From Smithella sp. (GTDB lineage: Bacteria; Desulfobacterota; Syntrophia; Syntrophales; Smithellaceae), in NCBI GenBank assembly GCA_039679815.1, contig JBDKUG010000191.1, positions 1 to 51,322 of the forward strand: 51,322 nt of DNA, written 5' to 3'. The notes below the pieces were generated by a model, which saw only the letters and a program-made list of their open reading frames with translations, ran no database searches and was not told the origin of the DNA. Of the stretch, positions 9,722 through 21,166 are shown piece by piece (the first letter of the stretch is position 1; every line of letters begins with the position of its first letter). Both the position numbers and the translations under genes were made by a program.

Positions 9722-9878
9722 AATAATTTTACATGTTTATTCCACAAGGGTTCTTTATTGAAAGAATTGAAATTAAAAAAGAATTTATAGCAATCAACAT
9801 ATCCACAGGGCTTATTACTATTACTAATTATTTATATATGAAAAAAATAAGAGAGAAATAAGAGAATGGGAGGAGAGG
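9722..9878. other. candidate oriC / DNA-unwinding region in the dnaA-dnaN spacer
   Basis: 157-nt non-coding spacer. ATATCCACA (9799-9807) has one mismatch to the DnaA box, and TATTCCACA (9738-9746) is a relaxed match. These are followed by a very AT-rich run, CTTATTACTATTACTAATTATTTATATATGAAAAAAATAAG (9811-9851). Confidence 0.45.
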
Positions 9879-13452
<3,574 letters not shown>

Positions 13453-13524
13453 CAGTAACAGGAAAGAAAACGATTCAACCGGCTGTTTTGGCCGTTTTGT
13501 TGTCACAAGAGAGGAAAGAAGAAA

Positions 13525-16035
13525 ATGGAACGAGATATCCACCATAAGCAAACCCTGGTGAATATAGAAGATGAAATGAAGAAATCCTACATGGATTACT
13601 CCATGAGCGTTATCATTGGCCGGGCGATTCCAGATGTGCGTGACGGCCTGAAGCCGGTGCACCGGCGGATATTGTACGCTATGTATGAAATGGGCTATCG
13701 TCACAATAAGCCCTACAAGAAATGCGCCCGCGTTGTCGGCGATATCATGGGTAAATATCATCCGCATGGTGATGCGGCCATTTATGACACGCTGGTGCGG
13801 ATGGCGCAGGATTTTTCTCTGCGTTATATGCTTATTGATGGACAGGGCAACTTCGGTTCGATTGATGGCGATCCTCCAGCAGCCATGCGTTACACGGAAA
13901 GCCGTCTGGCGCGCATTTCCGACGAGGTGATGGCCGATCTGGAAAAAGATACGGTCGATTACGTGCCCAACTATGATGAATCCCTTACAGAGCCATCGAT
14001 TCTCGCGACACGCCTTCCGCTTTTACTGTTGAACGGGACATCAGGTATCGCCGTCGGCATGGCGACCAACGTCCCGCCCCATAATTTAAAAGAAATCATC
14101 AACGGCACCATCGCGCTCATCAACAATCCCAAGATGATTATTGAAGAGCTGATGAAGTACATTCCCGGACCGGACTTTCCGACGGCCGGTTTCATCAACG
14201 GCCGTGAGGGAATTCTCTCAGCCTATAAAACAGGGCGCGGCATTATCCGTGTCCGGGCGCGGGCGCTGATTGAAAAGAATGCCCGCAACGACAAGGAAAC
14301 AATAGTTGTTACCGAGCTGCCGTATCAGGTCAATAAAGCGGTCCTGATTGAAAAAATAGCCGAACTGGTGCGTGACAAGAAAATAGCCGGAATTTCTGAT
14401 TTGCGCGACGAATCAGACCGGGAAGGCATCCGCGTCGTGATTGAGCTCAAGCGTGATGAGAATTCTGCTATTATTCTAAATCAGCTTTATAAATTCACCC
14501 AGATGGAAGTCTCGTTCGGCATTATCATGCTGGCTATTTCTGAAAACCGTCCGCAGGTTTTCAATCTCAAAGAAGTTCTCGAGAAGTTTATTGCTTTTCG
14601 CCAGGAAGTAGTTGTCCGCCGCACGCAGTTTGATCTGGCGCGCGCAAAAGAACGGGCGCATATTCTGGAAGGCTATATCATAGCCTTGAACAATATCGAT
14701 GAAATCATTAAAGTCATCAAGGCGTCCAAAAACCCAAACGAAGCATCGGTGGCGTTATGTGCGAAATTCAATTTGTCGGAGATTCAGGCCAAAGCCATTC
14801 TGGAAATGAGACTGCAACGCCTTACCGGACTGGAAAGAGACAAGATTGATGCCGAATATGCGGAAGTGACTTCATTGATTGCAAAGCTGGCCGGCATCCT
14901 GGCTGACCCGAAGAAAGTCCTGCAGGTGATTATTGACGAACTCAATGATATAAAAAATAAATATGGTGATGAACGCCGCACGGAAATTGTCGCCAGCACC
15001 GAAGACATCAATATTGAAGACATGATCGTAGAAGAAGATGTGGTGGTCACGATATCTCACGCCGGATACATCAAGCGCAACGCGGTCAGTTTATATAAGA
15101 GCCAGCACCGCGGGGGACGGGGCAAAGTCGGCATGGGGACCAAAGAAGAGGACTTTGTAGAAAAGATCTTTATCGCCTCCACGCATCATTACCTTTTAGT
15201 CTTCACCAGCGCGGGCAAAGTGCACTGGCTGAAAGTGTATCAGATTCCGCAGGCAGGCCGGGCCGCCAAAGGCAAGGCAATGGTTAATCTGGTCAGCCTG
15301 GCGCCCGGAGAGCGCGTCAGCGCGACCCTGCCAGTCAAGGAATTTGTTTCGGATAAATTCGTAGTGATGGTAACCAGAAAGGGCATTATCAAAAAGACCG
15401 ATCTGGCGGCTTATTCCAATCCGCGGGCAGGGGGCATTATCGCAATATCCATAGACGATGATGACGAACTGGTAGATGTTCAGCTGACTAACGGTGATCA
15501 GGATATTTTCCTCGCGACGAAACTCGGCATGGCGATTCGTTTCCGGGAAGATGATGTCCGCGATATGGGCCGGACGGCACGCGGCGTGCGCGGCATCAAT
15601 CTGGATGAGGGTGACGACGTTATCGGTGTGGATATTCCCGCTCAAAACACTTACATGCTGACCATTTCGGAAAACGGTTTCGGCAAATGTACACCGATTG
15701 ATGAATATCGTGTGCAGTCACGAGGTGGCAAGGGCACCATCAACCTGAAAACGGTGGCAAAGATCGGCAATGTCTCCGGTGTTTTGCAGGTGCAGGGCGA
15801 AGAGAACATCATGCTCATCAGCAATGCCGGCAAGGTCATCCGGCTGAAGGTGCAGGAGGTCCCGATTAATCATCGTGTGACCCAGGGCGTCAAACTCATT
15901 GACCTGGAGCCGGAAGAAAAACTCGTCGGCGTCGCCCGCACAACGCAGGAAGCCGAAGGCCCGGATGACGGAGCTAACGGCGATGATGAGACGGATGTGA
16001 CGACAGAAGAAAACAGCACACCGGAAGAAGACTAG
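13525..16035 (+). CDS. gyrA: DNA gyrase subunit A
   Basis: 836-aa ORF with ...[29 protein letters not shown]...[22 protein letters not shown]...MRYTE.RL... and an acidic C-terminal tail. Confidence 0.97.
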   Translation: MERDIHHKQTLVNIEDEMKKSYMDYSMSVIIGRAIPDVRDGLKPVHRRILYAMYEMGYRHNKPYKKCARVVGDIMGKYHPHGDAAIYDTLVRMAQDFSLRYMLIDGQGNFGSIDGDPPAAMRYTESRLARISDEVMADLEKDTVDYVPNYDESLTEPSILATRLPLLLLNGTSGIAVGMATNVPPHNLKEIINGTIALINNPKMIIEELMKYIPGPDFPTAGFINGREGILSAYKTGRGIIRVRARALIEKNARNDKETIVVTELPYQVNKAVLIEKIAELVRDKKIAGISDLRDESDREGIRVVIELKRDENSAIILNQLYKFTQMEVSFGIIMLAISENRPQVFNLKEVLEKFIAFRQEVVVRRTQFDLARAKERAHILEGYIIALNNIDEIIKVIKASKNPNEASVALCAKFNLSEIQAKAILEMRLQRLTGLERDKIDAEYAEVTSLIAKLAGILADPKKVLQVIIDELNDIKNKYGDERRTEIVASTEDINIEDMIVEEDVVVTISHAGYIKRNAVSLYKSQHRGGRGKVGMGTKEEDFVEKIFIASTHHYLLVFTSAGKVHWLKVYQIPQAGRAAKGKAMVNLVSLAPGERVSATLPVKEFVSDKFVVMVTRKGIIKKTDLAAYSNPRAGGIIAISIDDDDELVDVQLTNGDQDIFLATKLGMAIRFREDDVRDMGRTARGVRGINLDEGDDVIGVDIPAQNTYMLTISENGFGKCTPIDEYRVQSRGGKGTINLKTVAKIGNVSGVLQVQGEENIMLISNAGKVIRLKVQEVPINHRVTQGVKLIDLEPEEKLVGVARTTQEAEGPDDGANGDDETDVTTEENSTPEED

Positions 16036-16054
16036 ACCATCGTTTCATCATTAT

Positions 16055-16084
16055 AAAAAGGGCGCTTCGAGGCGCCCTTTTTTA
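16055..16084 (+). terminator. intrinsic terminator after gyrA (A-run/T-run flanked, potentially bidirectional)
   Basis: AAAAAGGGCGC-TTCGAG-GCGCCCTTTTTTA lies 20 nt after the gyrA stop. Confidence 0.7.
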
Positions 16085-16161
16085 TGGCAGTTTGTGCATT
16101 CCGTCCATGTGTGAAGACAAGGCTTCTTGTTGATGCCGGCATAATAGGTTATACTACCTGT

Positions 16162-16599
16162 ATGCTGAACTACACATTTTTTGATCACACCGCGGATATA
16201 GGGGTTGAAATATTCGGGCGCACGAAGAAAGATCTGTTTGCCCATGCCGTCCATGCTTTGTTTGATATCATGATTCAGACCGCCGCCCATAAAAGCGGGA
16301 AAAGCCAGGAGGCAAAAGGGAGGCAAATCATTAAGAAGGTAGACGGGGCGGACGTGGAGGACCTGTTCATTAACTTTTTGCGCGAGCTTCTTTACCTGTT
16401 CAACGGCACGGGATGGGTGGTTGATCACTGTGAGATGATCGAATGCAGAAATACAAGACTCGTTGCGACGTTATGGGTTGAGCCATACAATAAAAAAAAA
16501 CATTCAATGAAAACAGAGATCAAGGCGGTGACTTACTCCGGCTTAAGCGTTAAAAAGTTTAAATCAGGCTGGATGGCCAGGGTGATTTTCGATGTCTGA
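16162..16599 (+). CDS. archease (RtcB activator/chaperone family)
   Basis: The N-terminus MLNYTFFDHTADIGVEIFG.TKKDLF..A..AL is the archease signature. Its stop overlaps the rtcB start. The ORF track extends upstream to 16084. Confidence 0.8.
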   Translation: MLNYTFFDHTADIGVEIFGRTKKDLFAHAVHALFDIMIQTAAHKSGKSQEAKGRQIIKKVDGADVEDLFINFLRELLYLFNGTGWVVDHCEMIECRNTRLVATLWVEPYNKKKHSMKTEIKAVTYSGLSVKKFKSGWMARVIFDV

Positions 16600-18034
16600 A
16601 ATTAAACTGGAAAAACTCGATGAAAACAGATGGCTTCTTCCGCAGACCGGCTTGATGCGTGTGCCGGGGATCATCTACGCCAACGACAAAATCCACGATC
16701 TGCTTCAACACGACGAAAGCACCAGACAGGTGGCCAACGTTGCCCATCTACCGGGCATCGTCAATTTCTCGCTGGCCATGCCGGATATTCACTGGGGGTA
16801 CGGTTTTCCCATAGGCGGGGTGGCGGCTTTTGATCTGGACGGGGGCGTAGTGTCGCCGGGCGGCGTGGGTTACGACATTAACTGCGGCTGCCGCCTGATG
16901 GCTACGGGGCTTGCCCTTGACGATATCCGGGGGAAAATAAAGGATCTGACTGCCGCTTTGTATCAGCGCATTCCGACGGGTGTGGGTTCCACAGGCTATG
17001 TCAAGCTCTCCGGTAAAGATCAGAAAAAAGTGCTTGAGGAAGGCGCAAAATGGGCTGTGCGAAACGGTTTCGGATCCCTACAGGACCTGGAAACAACGGA
17101 AGACGGCGGCTGTCTGAACGGTGCGGATCCGGAGCAGGTTTCAGCGCGGGCTCTCGAGCGCGGCAAGCAGCAGCTCGGCACACTGGGTTCCGGCAATCAC
17201 TTTCTGGAAATTGAAGTCGTGCAGGACATTTATGACGAACAAGCGGCCGGCGCGTTTGGGCTGCGCAAGGGGCAGATTGTCGTCATGATCCATAGCGGGT
17301 CGCGGGGGCTGGGCTACCAGATCTGCGATGATTATCTGGCGCTTATGGTGAAGCATCAATCGGAAACCGGCATCGCACTGCCGGACAGGCAGCTGGCCTG
17401 CACCTATCTGGCCTCGCAGCGTGGGAAGAATTATCTGGCGGCCATGGCCTGCGGTGCCAATTACGCCTGGGCCAACCGGCAGATTCTGATGCACCTCACG
17501 CAGGAGGTTTTTGAAAAAACGCTGAGAATTGCGCCGCGTGAACTGGGGATGCGACTGGTCTATGATGTTTGCCATAACATCGCCAAAATTGAGTCGTTCA
17601 AAATTAATGGTGTCGAGAAAAAACTGTGTATTCATCGTAAGGGTGCGACACGGGCTTATCCTGCAGGTCACGAAGCAGTGCCCGCAAGATATAAAAGTGT
17701 CGGCCAGCCCGTGCTGATTCCCGGGGATATGGGAGCTGGTTCTTATATATTAGTGGGTCAGGAAAAAGCCATGCAGGAGACCTTTGGCAGCGCCTGTCAT
17801 GGCGCAGGACGGGTCATGAGCCGAACCCAGGCCATCAAGACCAGCCGGGGCCGTTCCATCAGCCGCGAACTGGCCGACCAAGGTGTTTTGGTGATGGCCG
17901 GCAGCAAAGGAACATTAGGCGAAGAAATGCCGGAAGCCTATAAGAATTTGAACGACGTCGTCCAGGTGGTTCACGATGCGGGAATTGCCCGTAAAGTGGC
18001 AAAACTCAAATCAGTGGCCTGCATAAAAGGTTGA
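16592..18034 (+). CDS. rtcB: RNA 3'-phosphate/5'-OH ligase RtcB
   Basis: 480-aa ORF with ...LPGIVNFSLAMPDIHWGYGFPIGGVAAF...GGVGYDINCG...GSGNHFLEI...HSGSRGLG...GSACHGAGR... Confidence 0.95.
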   Translation: MSEIKLEKLDENRWLLPQTGLMRVPGIIYANDKIHDLLQHDESTRQVANVAHLPGIVNFSLAMPDIHWGYGFPIGGVAAFDLDGGVVSPGGVGYDINCGCRLMATGLALDDIRGKIKDLTAALYQRIPTGVGSTGYVKLSGKDQKKVLEEGAKWAVRNGFGSLQDLETTEDGGCLNGADPEQVSARALERGKQQLGTLGSGNHFLEIEVVQDIYDEQAAGAFGLRKGQIVVMIHSGSRGLGYQICDDYLALMVKHQSETGIALPDRQLACTYLASQRGKNYLAAMACGANYAWANRQILMHLTQEVFEKTLRIAPRELGMRLVYDVCHNIAKIESFKINGVEKKLCIHRKGATRAYPAGHEAVPARYKSVGQPVLIPGDMGAGSYILVGQEKAMQETFGSACHGAGRVMSRTQAIKTSRGRSISRELADQGVLVMAGSKGTLGEEMPEAYKNLNDVVQVVHDAGIARKVAKLKSVACIKG

Positions 18035-18165
18035 CTACCGAAACCGTTATGTTCGATGCTTTAATCCCGCTGCTGCGGGACGAGCGTTAATTCTCCGAAG
18101 CTTGCGGAGATATAATAACGTTCATTTCATACCTCGAAAGCTTGCAGCTAGGTGGTTGATTGAAG

Positions 18166-18341
18166 CAGCCGGATGAGCATACCTTTTGCTCAGCATCCCC
18201 TGCAACTGTGGCTCTAATGCTTATTTCGCGACAGTCGAAGACTCGCCCTGCGGGCTCAAACAGTTCGACTGTCTGATGCTCCATTACGCAAAGAGCCACA
18301 ATGTTTCGGGGATATTCGCTCAAGGTATGCCCATCCGGCTG
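18166..18341. repeat. nested long-hairpin element, copy 1 (candidate structured ncRNA or recombinase-recognised element)
   Basis: The 18-nt outer arms at 18166-18183 and 18324-18341 pair at 17 of 18 positions. Inner perfect stems are 18207-18215/18292-18300 and 18230-18239/18264-18273, with an apical GCCC-TGC-GGGC. It is homologous to 47680-47933 (reverse orientation), with conserved loops and covarying stems. Confidence 0.55.
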
Positions 18342-18433
18342 ATTATTTTAGTTTAATTAAATGTTCCTGTTCGAATTGACTTTTTTACAGGCTCGGCATA
18401 AGAAGACCATATGAATAAAATGCGGAGAACAGC

Positions 18434-18748
18434 ATGGCCGAAATTATTTTAGACGAAAGTGAAGACTGGGATAAACGCGTTTTGTGCAGTGACGAGTCCT
18501 GCATCGGCACGATCGGTGCGGACGGAAAATGCAGGGAATGCGGTAAAACTTATGAGGGCGTTCTCCCCCAGGGTCACGATAAAGAAACTGCTGAACCTGT
18601 CATCATAGAGAAAACAAATCCTGTTTCATCGGAAGACTTCGCCTCCGATGATGAATGGGACAAAAGGGTTTTGTGCAGTGACGGCACCTGCATAGGCGTG
18701 ATCGGACCGGACGGCAAGTGCAGGGAATGCGGGAAACCATTATCGTAA
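18434..18748 (+). CDS. small acidic protein with two tandem CxxxxC...CxxC zinc-ribbon modules (hypothetical)
   Basis: 104-aa ORF. The module WDKRVLCSD(E/G)(S/T)CIG(T/V)IG(A/P)DGKCRECGK occurs twice (nt 18467-18547 and 18656-18736). A strong terminator hairpin follows. Confidence 0.6.
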   Translation: MAEIILDESEDWDKRVLCSDESCIGTIGADGKCRECGKTYEGVLPQGHDKETAEPVIIEKTNPVSSEDFASDDEWDKRVLCSDGTCIGVIGPDGKCRECGKPLS

Positions 18749-18786
18749 ATTTTGCAATAGCTCATCATTAAGAGATAAATAGCCAT

Positions 18787-18875
18787 CAGCTGGTTCAGTC
18801 ATGTTGACTGAACCAGCTGTTTTGTATGATTAAACTTAAACTAAGGATTCAATCTACAAGATTGAACCCGCAAGG
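18787..18875. repeat. double-hairpin repeat, copy 1; the first hairpin doubles as the intrinsic terminator of the zinc-ribbon gene
   Basis: Hairpin 1 is CAGCTGGTTCAGTCA-TGT-TGACTGAACCAGCTG followed by TTTTG. Hairpin 2 is GGATTCAATCT-ACA-AGATTGAACCC followed by GCAA. The same unit recurs at 48723-48806, and split at 47659-47957. Confidence 0.75.
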
Positions 18876-18877
18876 AT

Positions 18878-18918
18878 AAAGAAAGAGGCAGGTGGAAATT
18901 GCATCTGCCTCTTTCTTT
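18878..18918. terminator. A/T-flanked hairpin between convergent transcription units (bidirectional terminator candidate)
   Basis: AAAGAAAGAGGCAG (18878-18891) and CTGCCTCTTTCTTT (18905-18918) form a perfect 14-bp stem. It lies between the + zinc-ribbon gene and the minus paaK-ACT operon. Confidence 0.55.
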
Positions 18919-18962
18919 ATATCAAGATATTTATGAATTTTTAGCCGGAGCTTTTTTCAAAT

Positions 18963-19199
18963 TTAGCGGACATACCTTGAGGCATTCATCGCAGCCAATC
19001 CAGTAATTGTGTCCGGCGATTTGAGTATTCCGCGGGGAACGGTAATGCCAAAGACAATAACGGTTTGTGCATTCCGGCAAACACGGGCCGGATGATGTGC
19101 CTCGGGTGCGGCGGCAAATCGATCTACAGATGCGAAACCAAAATCGGTTACCATCGGTTTTAAAAAATTGATAATGGTATGCTTTAAGATAGCACTCAT
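18963..19199 (-). CDS. 78-aa ORF translationally coupled to the ACT gene; resembles only the N-terminal part of larger Fe-S/QueG-like proteins (possibly truncated)
   Basis: Its ATG overlaps the ACT gene stop (TAATG). The sequence ...DFGFASVDRFAAAPEAHHPARV...TVIVFGITVP.G... resembles N-termini of longer proteins, and no Cys-cluster region follows. Confidence 0.35.
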   Translation of the reverse strand: MSAILKHTIINFLKPMVTDFGFASVDRFAAAPEAHHPARVCRNAQTVIVFGITVPRGILKSPDTITGLAAMNASRYVR

Positions 19200-19630
19200 T
19201 AAAACTCGTAGAGCTGTGCCCCCGGCACCACCGTAAACTTGTGTTTCAATAAAACGTCTATTGCCTTTTCCGGATCGTCAAAGCGGAAGATAATAACGGC
19301 GTTCTGGCCGCTTTTTTCGACGAAGGCATAGAGATATTCAACATTGATGGCTTTCTGGGTCAGGACTTCCATGATGCTGTGCAGGCCACCCGGCTGATCG
19401 GGAACTTCAACGGCCACAACAACGGTCTTGCTGACGCGAAACCCTGCGTCCTTGAGGACCTTGTTGGTTTTTTCCACATCGTTGACGATTAAACGCAAAA
19501 TGCCGAAGTCCACGGTTTCCGCCAGCGACAGGGTGCGGATATTGATATTGTTTTCCTTCAGCACACGGGTGGCGTGTTCAAGTGAACCGGGTTTGTTTTC
19601 CAGAAAAACAGAGATTTGTTCGACTTTCAT
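19199..19630 (-). CDS. ACT domain-containing (amino-acid-binding) protein
   Basis: Two ACT-like halves ([17 protein letters not shown]... and ...[20 protein letters not shown]...). The ATG at 19630 is preceded by GGAGGA. This is the usual partner of PaaK-type ligases in anaerobes. Confidence 0.8.
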   Translation of the reverse strand: MKVEQISVFLENKPGSLEHATRVLKENNINIRTLSLAETVDFGILRLIVNDVEKTNKVLKDAGFRVSKTVVVAVEVPDQPGGLHSIMEVLTQKAINVEYLYAFVEKSGQNAVIIFRFDDPEKAIDVLLKHKFTVVPGAQLYEF

Positions 19631-19742
19631 ATTTCCTCCAGAATTCTTTCGTTCATGTTGTCGGCAGAAGCCGCCGGGCACCCTTAAAGCATATCGGGCC
19701 ATTTCCCGCGGGATGCCGTGTTTCCCTGAAAAATGAACAGCA

Positions 19743-21041
19743 TCAAATGATGCGTTTGTCGATGACCTTCCTGCCTTGTTCCTTCAAGGTTTGCGGGGCA
19801 ACCAGTTTGACGCGTGGAGATATGCTTAAATAATCCTTCATATCTTTCACAATTCTTTTTTCAATGATCTGCAATTCCTTGACGCCGCCCGATTCGCTGA
19901 AGAATTTATCGCTGACTTCCACATGCAGTTCGACGGCGTCCAGGGCTCCGACTTTGTCGATAATCAGTTGATAGTCCGGTTCGACGCCCTGGATCTCTTT
20001 CAGGATCGCTTCCACCTGTGAGGGATAGATATTGATGCCTCGGATCGTCAGCATGTCGTCGCTGCGCCTGAGTATGCGTTCCATCCGGATATGGGTGCGG
20101 CCGCAGCGGCAGGGTTCGGGAATCAAGCGTGAGATATCGCCTGAACGGTAACGGACCAGCGGAAACGCTTCTTTGGTCAGACTGGTAAAGACCAGTTCGC
20201 CTTCTTCTCCTTCGGGCAGGGCCTCGCCTGATGCCGGATTGACGGTTTCCACGAGAAAATGATCTTCGCAGATGTGCATACCATGCCGGCCCTCCAGGCA
20301 TTCACCCGCGAGACCGGGCCACAGCATTTCCGAAAGGCCGAAAATATTGATGGCCTTGATGCCGAATGCGTTTTCAATGGCGTCGCGGGTCTTTTCGCTC
20401 CACAGTTCCGCTCCAAAGATGCCGACGCGAAGCTGCAGGGATTTCATATCCACGCCCATTGCCCTGCCTTCCTCGGCAAGATGCAGGGCGTAGGAGGGCG
20501 TTGAACACAATACGGTCGGTCCGAAATCCTGCAGGAGGGTGATTTGACGTTTGGTGTTGCCGTCAGACATGGGAATGACGCTGGCCCCGATTTTTTCCGC
20601 CCCGTAATGCAGGCCGAGGCCTCCGGGAAGCAATCCGTAGCTGAATGCGTTATGGACGATGTCGTTTTTGGTCAGGCCGGCGGCGACAAGGGAACGGGCG
20701 GTTAGTTCTGTCCAGGTATCCAGGTCCCGCCGCGTGTAACTGAACACGGAGGACCGACCGGAGGTGCCGGATGATGCGTGCAGGCGGACGATGTTGCTCA
20801 TCGGAACGGCAAAAAGCCCAAAGGGATAGTTGTTGCGCAGGTCCTGACGCGTTATAAAGGGAAGCTTTTTTAAATCATCAAGGGAACGAAAATCATCCGG
20901 CGATATTTTGGCTGCATCCAGCGACTTTTTGTAAAAACCGACGGAGTGATAAACCCGCTGCAGGACCCGCTGGAGTCTTTTGACTTGCAGTGCCTTCAGT
21001 GCCTCGCGCGGCAGGGTTTCAAATTCTTCATTATAAATCAT
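19743..21041 (-). CDS. paaK: phenylacetate--CoA ligase family protein (PaaK / F390 synthetase-like adenylate-forming enzyme)
   Basis: Contains [27 protein letters not shown]...[19 protein letters not shown]...[10 protein letters not shown]...YRSGDISRL... The ATG at 21041 has an AAGGGAG RBS. Confidence 0.85.
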   Translation of the reverse strand: MIYNEEFETLPREALKALQVKRLQRVLQRVYHSVGFYKKSLDAAKISPDDFRSLDDLKKLPFITRQDLRNNYPFGLFAVPMSNIVRLHASSGTSGRSSVFSYTRRDLDTWTELTARSLVAAGLTKNDIVHNAFSYGLLPGGLGLHYGAEKIGASVIPMSDGNTKRQITLLQDFGPTVLCSTPSYALHLAEEGRAMGVDMKSLQLRVGIFGAELWSEKTRDAIENAFGIKAINIFGLSEMLWPGLAGECLEGRHGMHICEDHFLVETVNPASGEALPEGEEGELVFTSLTKEAFPLVRYRSGDISRLIPEPCRCGRTHIRMERILRRSDDMLTIRGINIYPSQVEAILKEIQGVEPDYQLIIDKVGALDAVELHVEVSDKFFSESGGVKELQIIEKRIVKDMKDYLSISPRVKLVAPQTLKEQGRKVIDKRII

Positions 21042-21166
21042 AAATAGCGTCTCCCTTACTAGGATAATCAATGCAGGCAACGAATGTTGCCTGATCAAAT
21101 CGGTTTTCCAGGATGAATGAAAGTGCAGCCTTTTTCCTGAAAGAAGCTTAACAAAACTTTACGTTC

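Noticed and set aside
16085-16098. Sigma-54-like TGGCAG-N4-TGCA motif upstream of archease-rtcB (rtcBA is sigma-54/RtcR dependent in E. coli)
   Set aside because: The spacing between the GG and GC elements is 2 nt shorter than the TGGCAC-N5-TTGC consensus. No RtcR-like activator gene is present in the window.
18087-18323. 78-aa minus-strand ORF covering the rtcB-downstream region
   Set aside because: It reads straight through the nested palindromic structure. It has no recognisable RBS or family resemblance, and its composition simply mirrors the hairpin arms. The region is better explained as a structured non-coding element.
18166-18341. Calling the nested hairpin a 6S RNA or a Y RNA
   Set aside because: Its size and rod-like shape are compatible with 6S. 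However, I cannot identify the characteristic central bubble, nor a conserved Ro-binding helix or tRNA-like module. The second copy is embedded in a repeat, which is not expected for ssrS. No family call can be supported without a covariance-model search.
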